Assembly (NCBI GenBank): GCA_021799275.1
Contig: JAJZAT010000003.1
Location: 9,708-73,707 of the forward strand
Source of the DNA: Bacillota bacterium
GTDB taxonomy: Bacteria > Bacillota > Sulfobacillia > JAJZYS01 > JAJYTV01
DNA: 64,000 bases
Reading direction: 5' to 3'
Shown: piece by piece, positions 17,314-25,726 of the stretch
Position numbering within the stretch: position 1 is the stretch's first letter
Layout: the number at the start of each line of letters is the position of its first letter
The notes under the pieces: generated by a model
What the model saw: only the letters and a program-made list of their open reading frames with translations
Told to the model about the DNA's origin: nothing
Database searches by the model: none
Position numbers and translations under genes: made by a program

Positions 17314-18924
17314 CTAGGCGCCCTGTTCGATGGGCAGGATGCCGCGATCGGCGAAGATCTCGATCAAGGCCCCCACCATATCGGGATCGAGCTGGCTGCC
17401 GGCGATGAGCTGCATCTCCCTGAGCGCCCTGGCGGGCGGCAGAGCCGCGCGGTACGTGCGGGCGGAGGTGCGCGCGACGTAGACCTCGGCGCACGCCACG
17501 ATGCGGGCGAAGAGATCGATGTCGGTGCCCGCGAGGCCGTCCGGGTAGCCCTGGCCGTCCCAGCGCTCGTGGTGATGGCGCACCGCGAGCACGACGCCTG
17601 CCGGCACGACGTCCCCGGGCAGCCCCGACAGCAGGTTCGCGCCGACGACGGGATGCTGCTGGATGACCGTGCGGCTCTCGGCGCTCAGGCCGCCCCTGGT
17701 CTTCGGCAGGTCTAGGGCGACCGACACCATGCCGACGTCATGCAGCCGTCCGGCGAGGTGGAGCGCCTCGACCTGCGACGACTCGAGCCTCAGCCGCCTG
17801 CCGATGTCGCGCGCCACCTCCGCGACGCGCTTCGAATGGTCGTGGCTGAGGTCCTCCGCCGCGTCGAGCAGATCGGCCGCCGACAGCAGCGACTGAAGGT
17901 AGCTCTGGCCGAGACTGAACGTGTAGAGATGGCTGCCGATCGTACGCCGCAGGCTCTGCGAAAGGGAGGTCAGCACGAAGGTCACGCGCTCGCTCAGCTC
18001 GGGGCGGATCGCGAGGCCGTAACCCACCGCGCCGCCTCGCGTGTCCTCGCGCACGGACACGAGCGCGAAACCCTGGTAGCCGAGCTGGGCGACGCCGTCC
18101 GGCAGGTCCGGCGCGACCCAGAGCCCCGCCCGCAGACTGGGCAGACGCCGCGGGTCGAGGGCGAAAAACAGCTGTTCCCCGCCACCCATCCGCCAGATGT
18201 CCTCGACGACATCGTCATGCCAGGCGACGCAGTAGCCGGCCCCCGCCTCGATCGCCTCGCCGCCGAGGCGCGCGACCAGGCCAAGGAGCTTGTCCGACTG
18301 CAACGTGAACTCCGACGCCAGCTGCTTCGTGGTGCTCTCCACGGCGACGCGCTCGCCTTCCGCGGTCGTGTCGTCGAGCGCGAGCAGGACCTGCAGCATC
18401 GGCTCAAGCCGAGCGCCGTAGGAAAGGAGGAGCTTGCGCTCGGGCTCCGCCACGTGCTGGCGGCGCGCCAGCGCTGCGCGCAACAGGACGCGCGGCCCCA
18501 CGCCGAGCGACAGGTACGGGTCACCCTGCGGCCCATCCTCCTGGCAGGTCAGGCCGGCGCGGCCAGGCGGCAGTTCGAGCGGCGCCTGCCGGATCGGCGC
18601 ACCGGCGACCAGTCCGGCGTAGTTGATGCCTACCTGCGGCGTGCCTGTCTCCGCACGGGTCAGGCGCAACTGCAGCGGCGCGCCTTCGGCCGGCGCGACA
18701 TAGGCGTAGTAGCCGTCGGCGGGCAGGAGGTCCGCCAGCCCTACAAGCGCGTAGAGAAGGATTTCCGCCACGTCGTAGGGCGGTGCCACCTTGGCGCGCA
18801 GTGCGTCCCACACCTCGTCCACGGTGGCCCTGCGCCCGCGAGGTCGGCTGAAGAGGCTTGCGCCGGCGAGCGCGGCATAGGAAAGCCACTGGGCGTGCAA
18901 CAGTCCATCAACTCCAACGCTCAA
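17314..18924 (-). CDS. HD-GYP domain c-di-GMP phosphodiesterase with ~330-aa N-terminal uncharacterised sensory domain
   Basis: HD motif (LSHDHSKRVA, HDVG) and the canonical HHERWDGQGYP signature. ATGA overlap with the upstream membrane-protein gene. Confidence 0.8.
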   Translation of the reverse strand: MSVGVDGLLHAQWLSYAALAGASLFSRPRGRRATVDEVWDALRAKVAPPYDVAEILLYALVGLADLLPADGYYAYVAPAEGAPLQLRLTRAETGTPQVGINYAGLVAGAPIRQAPLELPPGRAGLTCQEDGPQGDPYLSLGVGPRVLLRAALARRQHVAEPERKLLLSYGARLEPMLQVLLALDDTTAEGERVAVESTTKQLASEFTLQSDKLLGLVARLGGEAIEAGAGYCVAWHDDVVEDIWRMGGGEQLFFALDPRRLPSLRAGLWVAPDLPDGVAQLGYQGFALVSVREDTRGGAVGYGLAIRPELSERVTFVLTSLSQSLRRTIGSHLYTFSLGQSYLQSLLSAADLLDAAEDLSHDHSKRVAEVARDIGRRLRLESSQVEALHLAGRLHDVGMVSVALDLPKTRGGLSAESRTVIQQHPVVGANLLSGLPGDVVPAGVVLAVRHHHERWDGQGYPDGLAGTDIDLFARIVACAEVYVARTSARTYRAALPPARALREMQLIAGSQLDPDMVGALIEIFADRGILPIEQGA

Positions 18925-20120
18925 TTCGCCAAGGCCCCCGACGATTCCCTACCTTGGCGGCCGGATGCGGCGGAGCGCAGGCCGAGGGCAATAACCGCGC
19001 CGGCGCCGACCAGCTGGGCCAGAACGTAGCCGAGGATCAGCGAGTCGGGGCCGCCCGCCAAGGTGAGGCTCCATGCCACCCAGGCAACGCAGGTGGCCAG
19101 GATCGGCCACCAGTTGTGCAGCGAGCGCTGCGCGTCGGCGCCGCTCCAGAGATAGCTGGCGGCAAGGGCGCAGGTGCCGAGGAAATAGAGCGCCAGGACC
19201 CAGCCCGGCTCCCTGACGCCCATCAGCCGCATGGCGAACTCGCCGATCGCGAAGGCGATCATCACGCTGACGACCGCGATGATCCCGATGGCGAGACTGC
19301 CCTCGCTGCGTCGCGAGCGGCCCCAGCCCTCGTCACCGACCGCCATCAGCACCAGGGGCTGGGCTAGGTAGAAGGGAGCCTTCCCGAGCAGGGCGATCAC
19401 CGCGAAGCCCGCCGCGCGCGCCGCACCGAGATGCAGCGTCGCCGCCAGCACGTCGACGGACAGCCAGGCGGTCACCGCGAGCGCGACCCAGCCGGACGCC
19501 CAGGGCGTCGCCTTGATCGGGCGGATCGCCGCCTGATCTCGGGTCCTGTACGGCAGCAAGACCCCGACGGCGCCGAGCACAAGGAAGCTCAGCACCTGGA
19601 TCCAGAGTACGGCAAGGCCGCCGCCCGACCGGTGTCCCACCGCGAGGATGCCGACAAAGCGGCCGACGTTCGGCAGCATGTTGACGACCGCCGACCCGAC
19701 GAACGACGCGCGTCCGATCAGCACGCCCGTCGCCACGGCCGGCATGTAGCTCGAGAGCGGCACGAGCAGCGCGACCGGCAGCACCCATGTACCGGGAAAG
19801 CGGCCGGCGAACAGGAGCATCGCCATGCCGCTCAAGAGACCGGCAACGAGAAACGCCACCTGGACGAAGGGCAGGTGGCGGCGCCACTTCGGTGACAGGC
19901 CGGCCCACGTCGCCACGGGCAGGCTGATGAGCGCCGCGGGCAGGCCGATGGTCGATCCGGCGCCCAAGGCCGCCAGAACCTGCGCCAGGACCTGCGGTCC
20001 GTAGAAGATGTCGATCAGCAGGTTGAAGCCGTACGAGACGACGCCGGACAGCAGCGATACGGCGAAGATGATCAGCGTGGTGCGGCTCACGATCGGACGC
20101 GATGCGGTGCCATGCCTCAC
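18921..20120 (-). CDS. polytopic membrane protein (~12 TM, 399 aa), possibly Wzx/MOP-like polysaccharide flippase or polymerase
   Basis: Uniformly hydrophobic with ≥10 predicted helices. Embedded in the EPS operon and translationally coupled on both sides. The function is inferred from context only. Confidence 0.5.
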   Translation of the reverse strand: MRHGTASRPIVSRTTLIIFAVSLLSGVVSYGFNLLIDIFYGPQVLAQVLAALGAGSTIGLPAALISLPVATWAGLSPKWRRHLPFVQVAFLVAGLLSGMAMLLFAGRFPGTWVLPVALLVPLSSYMPAVATGVLIGRASFVGSAVVNMLPNVGRFVGILAVGHRSGGGLAVLWIQVLSFLVLGAVGVLLPYRTRDQAAIRPIKATPWASGWVALAVTAWLSVDVLAATLHLGAARAAGFAVIALLGKAPFYLAQPLVLMAVGDEGWGRSRRSEGSLAIGIIAVVSVMIAFAIGEFAMRLMGVREPGWVLALYFLGTCALAASYLWSGADAQRSLHNWWPILATCVAWVAWSLTLAGGPDSLILGYVLAQLVGAGAVIALGLRSAASGRQGRESSGALAN

Positions 20121-22252
20121 TGGCCGTCCTCCGGCAGGGTCATGTAGACGATCATCTCCGGCAAGAGCCCCATGGCCTCCACCTCGGCGACCAGCTCGGG
20201 CGTGATGCGGGTGCCCTGGGCGGCGACGAGACGGCCCTCCTGGCCCACGAGGTCGCGCCCGACGACCTTGCCGGCGATGAATGCCAGGATGTTCAGCCCC
20301 GATGCTCCCGCCACCACCTTGGGTTCGGCGGCGGCCGCGGCGGGCCGCTGCCTTGGACGCGACGGAGGGGTTTGCGGCCTTGGCGCCTGCGGTCTCGCCG
20401 GCTCGGTCCTAGGCGTCTGTGGCCCACGCGGGGGTTGCCCCACCTGCAGCGGCGCAGACCCTGCGTCGCCGCTCTCGCCCGGCAGCTGCCAAGCGGGCCG
20501 CGGAAGCTCCTCCGGCCAGAGCGCCTCAGCGACCGTCTCAGCCTTCCCCGCGGCCGGCGCTTCCTCGGAATGCGGCTCAAGACTCGTCTTCGCTTGGTTC
20601 ACGGGCGGCTGCTCCTCACGCGCGACCGATGGGGGTGGTGCCAGGGGCAGATCTCCGCCGCCTCCCGGATGCGCTGCCGGTTGGCCCTGTACGGCCATCC
20701 CCGGGCTGTCGCCCGCCGGACGGGAACTGGCTGCAACGGACTCCTCCGGCGCCGTGCCGTCCTCGGGGCCGATCTCGCCAGGAACTGAACCTGAGGCGGT
20801 CGGCTCAGGCGTCGCCTCGGCGGCGTCGTGGCCCGCACGGTCGAGGCCGGGCTCTTCAGCCGCATGGGCGGAGGACAGCGGCGCGGCCTGCCCGTCCTCG
20901 GAGCTCGCGGCACAGTCCGGAGCGATCGCCAAAGGCGGCGCTTCGGGCGCCTCCGGCTCCTGCGACGTGGGGGGCTCCGAAAACCCAGCCGCGAAGGGCA
21001 GGTCGTCCGCCTGGGGCTCGGCCAGCGGCGCATCCCGCAGATCGCCAGCCTCGTGCGAATCTTCGGCCTGCGATGGGCCATCGGGCTCGTCCTGCGGCTG
21101 GGGGAGTCCGGCGGTGGCAGGCATGGGCGGCTGGTCGGCCGTCTCGACAGCCTGGGGCTCCTCAGCCGGCGCGTCCCCAGCCGGCGCGGAGGTCCCCGGA
21201 AGCGCAGGATCCACCGCTTCGTAGTTGTTCTCTGCGCCTGACTCCGGGGGCTGGCTTCCCTCTGCCTGGGGCGGCACCACCCGCAGGATCTCGCCACGCG
21301 GCGCGTCCCCTGGCGCATTGCTCGCGGGGAGGCTGCCCTCCGCATCGGGCAGGTCGGCCCACTCCGCCGCCGCGGTCTCGTCCGCAGCGTTCCCAGGCAG
21401 GATCTCCTTCTCGTCATGCGTCTGGGACTTCGGCGGCAGCGCAACCGAAAACAGCACCCGGGTAGACTCCTCAGGTACCTCCTCGACGGCGAGCAGGCGA
21501 TACTTGTCGCGCAAGAGCACCATGCCCTGGCGCAAAGCCACCACGTCGCCTGCCGGGATCACCCCGGACCCTTCCTCGCTCTCCGCCACAAACCCCAGCA
21601 CCCGCGGCGGCGGTCCGCTCACCACCACGCCAGTCAGGTAGCCGAACGGGGCACCTCCCCGTACCTGCAGCCGGACGGCGCGCTCGGGCAGCAGGAACAG
21701 GGTGCGCTCGCCCGAGAGCCGCCGAACGGGTAGGTCCCCGGGCGGCTGCGCGAGCAGCGCAGCAGCGACGTCGGCGAATTCGGTCGAGGTCCCGAGGGCG
21801 TCGTCGATGGCCCCCCCCACCACCCGTTCGATTCCCGCGGCCAGCCTGCGCAGTTCCTGCTCCGCGACGGAGATGGCCCGGTCGACCTCCGGCAGGAACC
21901 CCTCGAGCCGCGCGCGTTCCTGCTTGTGCAAAGTTTCAAGATGGGAAACTTCCTCGCGCACGCCGGTGTCTATGACCGCAGCGTTCCCGCGGGCCAGTTC
22001 GAGCTGGTGGGACAGGCGCTCGCGATCGAGGCGCAGGCGCCGCAAGAGATCCTCAAGCGCGTCCCGCCGCGCCAGGGTACGAATGATGCGCTCGCGCTGG
22101 TCCGCCTCGACCACCGCGAAGGCCTCGCTCGCCCCCTGCTGCTCCGCCTCCATGCGCGTAGCCAGTTCGAGCACGTCGGCGCGGTTAAAACCAAACAGGC
22201 CCAGCGGCAGCCGCTGGACCCTGAACCGTGGTCGAGAACCCCTTGACGCCAC
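20117..22252 (-). CDS. DivIVA domain-containing protein with ~450-aa acidic Pro/Ala/Glu-rich disordered linker and conserved C-terminal domain
   Basis: N-terminus FRVQRLPLGLFGFNRADVLELATRMEAE resembles the DivIVA N-terminal domain (F.....RGY...EV..FL), followed by coiled-coil. The central region is low-complexity (PEAPEAPP, APAGDAPAEEP...). The C-terminal ~70 aa are conserved-looking. Confidence 0.6.
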   Translation of the reverse strand: MASRGSRPRFRVQRLPLGLFGFNRADVLELATRMEAEQQGASEAFAVVEADQRERIIRTLARRDALEDLLRRLRLDRERLSHQLELARGNAAVIDTGVREEVSHLETLHKQERARLEGFLPEVDRAISVAEQELRRLAAGIERVVGGAIDDALGTSTEFADVAAALLAQPPGDLPVRRLSGERTLFLLPERAVRLQVRGGAPFGYLTGVVVSGPPPRVLGFVAESEEGSGVIPAGDVVALRQGMVLLRDKYRLLAVEEVPEESTRVLFSVALPPKSQTHDEKEILPGNAADETAAAEWADLPDAEGSLPASNAPGDAPRGEILRVVPPQAEGSQPPESGAENNYEAVDPALPGTSAPAGDAPAEEPQAVETADQPPMPATAGLPQPQDEPDGPSQAEDSHEAGDLRDAPLAEPQADDLPFAAGFSEPPTSQEPEAPEAPPLAIAPDCAASSEDGQAAPLSSAHAAEEPGLDRAGHDAAEATPEPTASGSVPGEIGPEDGTAPEESVAASSRPAGDSPGMAVQGQPAAHPGGGGDLPLAPPPSVAREEQPPVNQAKTSLEPHSEEAPAAGKAETVAEALWPEELPRPAWQLPGESGDAGSAPLQVGQPPRGPQTPRTEPARPQAPRPQTPPSRPRQRPAAAAAEPKVVAGASGLNILAFIAGKVVGRDLVGQEGRLVAAQGTRITPELVAEVEAMGLLPEMIVYMTLPEDGQ

Positions 22253-22254
22253 GC

Positions 22255-22809
22255 CTAAGCCCCTGCCTTCTCCTGACGTGTCGCCTCTTCCCCGGTCTGT
22301 TCGGGCAAAGGCGCCGTCGCCGGCGCTGCCTCACGTTCCGCCTGCCCCGGTTCCTCCGCGACAGGCAAGGTCTCGATCTGCGTCAACGCGCGCCGCACCG
22401 CGGCAGCCACGTCGTCCCGCAGGACGTGGAGCATCTGCCGCCGATGCGCGAGCGCAAGTTCCCGGCGCGCGATCTCGCCAAGGAGCGCCGCCTCCTCTTC
22501 ACCGAAGGCGGCCTTGGCGCTTTGGAGCATCTGCATGCCGCGCGCGCCGAGTTCGTCGAGAAGAGCCAGTAGGATCTGCCGCTGCTCTTGCTCGGCGGCA
22601 ACGAGCGCCTCCGCGTCGCGCAGCGCCTGCGCGGCCGCGTTGAACTGGTTCGACAGCTCCGTCAGTTGCCGCTCCCGTGCCTCCTGCGCCGCCAGAGCCT
22701 CACGTTCGAGCGTCTCGAACAAGGCGAACGTGGGACGCCTGCGGTAGCCTATAAGAGCCCTCCGCAACGCAAGTTCCACGTTTCCAACACCTCTTCGCTG
22801 ACGCTTCAT
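22255..22809 (-). CDS. hypothetical coiled-coil protein (184 aa)
   Basis: Start MKRQRRGVGNVELALRRAL, with heptad-like E/A/L/R/Q-rich sequence. The tracker ORF is over-extended into an AT-richer promoter region. Immediately upstream of the DivIVA-domain gene. Confidence 0.45.
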   Translation of the reverse strand: MKRQRRGVGNVELALRRALIGYRRRPTFALFETLEREALAAQEARERQLTELSNQFNAAAQALRDAEALVAAEQEQRQILLALLDELGARGMQMLQSAKAAFGEEEAALLGEIARRELALAHRRQMLHVLRDDVAAAVRRALTQIETLPVAEEPGQAEREAAPATAPLPEQTGEEATRQEKAGA

Positions 22810-23209
22810 GGCGATAAAGCAGATCGCCCAATGACCATACGGCGATTTGCCTGCGTTGATTCTACTCCATCCGTCAAGTTCCTGCAGCACTTTCCTCGCA
22901 TGGCAGACCCGCCGGCGTGCCGCCACCACTGCCTGCGCCAGCCATTTGCATCCGTCCGTCCCGCCGATGCGCCCCGGCGATGAAATAGACCGACTGGTCC
23001 CAGGCGTCCTGACGATACGAGGCGGGCAACGTCAAGCCAGAACCGCCCACGGATTCGCCATGGCCCGGAACACGACCCCCAACAGATAGCGGGCCGCGGC
23101 GTCCAGCCCGAGCGGCAGCATGTTCCGCATGACCCGCTGGCGGTGTGCAGACGGCGCAGCCCAAGTCTCTGGGATCGCAGACGAGGAGAGCGTTGTCGCT
23201 CGTCACGCG

Positions 23210-23920
23210 CTAACGGTAGCTGTAGGTCACCTGCACGGACACCTGCACCTGCTGGTTGCCTGTGGCGATGGGCGCCGAGGCTGCGGTCTTCGCAAGGGAG
23301 AACGCGATCGGCTGGGGCGTCTGGGTGCTCGTGAGGCGCACGCTGCGCACGCCGCCCAGGGTGACGCTCAGTTCCTTGGCCTCGGCGAGCGCCTGGCGCT
23401 TCGCGGCCTTGATGGCCGCCTGCACGGCCTGCTGCTGCCCGGCGTTCGGGTCGGCGGTCATCAGTTGCAGTCCGTTCAGCTGATTGGCGCCGGCCGCGGT
23501 CGCCGCGGTGACCACCGCACCAAGCCTCGCAAGGTCCCGTGTGGTCACGGTGAACTGCTCCTGCGCCTGGTAGCCCTGCAACTGGCCGTTCGGTCCGTAG
23601 TTCTGGCTGAGGTTCAAGTTGGACGTCTGTACGTCCGCCGCCTGAACGCCATCCTTGCCGACCGCCCGCAGCAGGCTCGACGCCACCGCCGAAAGCTTCT
23701 GCAAGGCGGCCGGGGCGGTCGGGGCCGTCTCTTGCGCGCCGAGATTGATCTGGGCCTCGTCCGGCTGGACCCACGAGATACCGCTGGACGTCACCGTAAG
23801 CTGCCCCTGCGACGCGCCGGACGCGCTTCGCGCTCCTCCCCCCGCCAGAAAGCCGATGCCGAGCACCACGCAGAGCACCACCAGGGCAAGCACCGCCTCG
23901 GACCACCGCGGCCAGGTCAT
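23210..23920 (-). CDS. SIMPL domain-containing protein (DUF541; secreted/periplasmic)
   Basis: Start MTWPRWSEAVLALVVLCVVLGIG (signal/anchor), C-terminal QVQVSVQVTYSY typical of SIMPL. GGGGAGGA SD. The tracker's 383/524-aa ORFs are over-extended or wrong-frame. Confidence 0.75.
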   Translation of the reverse strand: MTWPRWSEAVLALVVLCVVLGIGFLAGGGARSASGASQGQLTVTSSGISWVQPDEAQINLGAQETAPTAPAALQKLSAVASSLLRAVGKDGVQAADVQTSNLNLSQNYGPNGQLQGYQAQEQFTVTTRDLARLGAVVTAATAAGANQLNGLQLMTADPNAGQQQAVQAAIKAAKRQALAEAKELSVTLGGVRSVRLTSTQTPQPIAFSLAKTAASAPIATGNQQVQVSVQVTYSYR

Positions 23921-23976
23921 CTCGAGTCCTCCCCTCGCAGTCGTCCTGAGTACACCCGAAGGTTCCCGCCGTGACG

Positions 23977-25005
23977 CTAGGGGCTGAGGTGCACCGTCTT
24001 GATCGGCATCCAGCGGCCGGCAGGCCCCGACGCCAGGAGTTCGAGTTCCGGGGTGCCCCCCGGCACCGGGTCGAACAGGAGGGACACCTGATAGCCGCCG
24101 GGCACGCGGCGCACGGTGCGCTGGACCGGACGCTGCAGGCCCTGCGGGCTCGCAAGCGCGATCGCCTGGGCCGCCGCAGCCTTCTGGACGATGAGGTTCG
24201 CCGCAACCCCCCGCTCGCCAAGATCCAGCGAGACGAGGCGCACACCGGCAAGGCCCGTCGCCTGGCTGTCCGGCGCAAGACGCCACTGGCCCTCGGCCGC
24301 CGCTCCCGGCGGCAAGGGCAGCAGGACGGCGATGCCGTACCCACGCGGCAACCTGTACCAACCCGGCGCGAGCCCGGCAAAGCGCAGCAGCTCCACGCCG
24401 CGGCTCGCGCTGGCCGCGATCCTCAGCTCACGGCCGGCGAGGTCCTGAACTACAACCGACCGCCCGACCGGTGCCGCCGGGGCGGACAACGCGAGCACAT
24501 CGCCCGCGAGCCACACGGGCCGCACCTTCACCTGCCCGAGGTCACCGCTCAAGGTGATCTGGACCGGGACTCCGTGCGCAGCCGTGGTCCCCAGCACGGC
24601 GGCGCCGTTCCGCGTCGTGGCCGCCTTCGGCATGGCGGTGGGCGCCACCGTCGCGAAGGCAGCTTGGGCACGAAGGGCTGCGCGCCGAGAAACCGGTGCC
24701 ACCGTGGGCGTCACGGTGCTCACGGCCACAGGGGCGGGTAGCCTTGCCAGGAGCAGCGCGAGCAGGGCTGCCGCGGCGGCGCCGGGCCACACCCAGGCGG
24801 CGCGGCCGCGGCGAGAGGGTGGCATCAGCTCCAAAAGAAAGGCGTCCTCGTCGTCGGGCCAATTTGGTTCGCCGAGCCCGCGGATGGCCTGCGCGAGCTC
24901 CAAAGCCTCGGCCACGATCGGGTCCTCGGACGGTAAAGGGGCCTCGCCCAGGGCGAGCCGGTCCAACGCGGCGTCGATCGCCCGCAGGCGACGGTCCTCG
25001 TCCAT
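23977..25005 (-). CDS. putative membrane-anchored anti-sigma factor (cytoplasmic N-domain, single TM, ~230-aa extracytoplasmic domain)
   Basis: Lies directly downstream (3-nt gap) of the ECF sigma gene. The N-terminal ~60 aa are acidic and helical, followed by a hydrophobic helix AAWVWPGAAAAALLALLLARL. AGGGGAGGGG SD. Confidence 0.55.
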   Translation of the reverse strand: MDEDRRLRAIDAALDRLALGEAPLPSEDPIVAEALELAQAIRGLGEPNWPDDEDAFLLELMPPSRRGRAAWVWPGAAAAALLALLLARLPAPVAVSTVTPTVAPVSRRAALRAQAAFATVAPTAMPKAATTRNGAAVLGTTAAHGVPVQITLSGDLGQVKVRPVWLAGDVLALSAPAAPVGRSVVVQDLAGRELRIAASASRGVELLRFAGLAPGWYRLPRGYGIAVLLPLPPGAAAEGQWRLAPDSQATGLAGVRLVSLDLGERGVAANLIVQKAAAAQAIALASPQGLQRPVQRTVRRVPGGYQVSLLFDPVPGGTPELELLASGPAGRWMPIKTVHLSP

Positions 25006-25007
25006 GC

Positions 25008-25553
25008 TCACCCCTCCCCTCCCGCCGGTTCCGCCGCCAGCATGCCGCGCAGACGGATCAGGGCACGATACTGCAGCGCACGCACCGCTTCGGGCGAGCG
25101 TCCGAGCTCGCGACCGGCCTCCGCCGCGCTCTGGCCCTCGAGCAGCCGGAGTTCCAGCACCCTGCGCTGGTCCGGCTCGAGCGCGCCGAGCGCCGCCTTG
25201 AGCCGCTCGGCCTCCTCGCTCGCGAGCAGATGCTGCTCGGCGGAGGGACCCGGGTCCGCTCGCCGCTCCTCGGTGAGCTCCACCGCAGGATGGCGGTGGC
25301 TGTCCCGCAGCCTGTTGCGGCAAAGGTTCAAGGCGACCGTGCGCAGGTAAGGCCCGAGGCGTTCACCCTCGAACCGATCGATTTGGCGCCAGAAGCGCAG
25401 GAACGTCTCCTGTGTCAGATCCTCGGCCTCCGCGCGGTTGCCGAGGCGACGATAGACGACGCGGTACACCGCCTGCCAGTGCAGGCGGCACAGTTCCGCG
25501 GCCGCATCGCGAGCGCCGGCCTTCGCACGGCGGATCAGGTCGCCTTCCTCCAT
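25008..25553 (-). CDS. RNA polymerase ECF-type sigma-70 factor
   Basis: Region 2 motif (DLTQETFLRFW) and region 4 helix-turn-helix (EGQSAAEAGRELGRSPEAVRALQYRALIRLR). Confidence 0.85.
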   Translation of the reverse strand: MEEGDLIRRAKAGARDAAAELCRLHWQAVYRVVYRRLGNRAEAEDLTQETFLRFWRQIDRFEGERLGPYLRTVALNLCRNRLRDSHRHPAVELTEERRADPGPSAEQHLLASEEAERLKAALGALEPDQRRVLELRLLEGQSAAEAGRELGRSPEAVRALQYRALIRLRGMLAAEPAGGEG

Positions 25554-25726
25554 CGTCTTGCCGCGTCACCGCCGATCGATGAACACCTTCACGCCGCCTG
25601 CGTGACGTTCGGCAGGAATCCACCCGCCGTCAGCGGAATGCCATGTCCTGATATCGCGCCACGCAGCGCTTCCGCGGACCACGGAACAACTCCTGCCGCA
25701 GCGTGCGGCCATCGCGGGAGGAAGAC

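Noticed and set aside
22806-24380. 524-aa minus-strand ORF spanning the SIMPL and anti-sigma region
   Set aside because: It is in an alternative frame to the SIMPL gene, which has the DUF541 signature, a signal peptide and an SD. The ORF is R/G-rich with no domain features.
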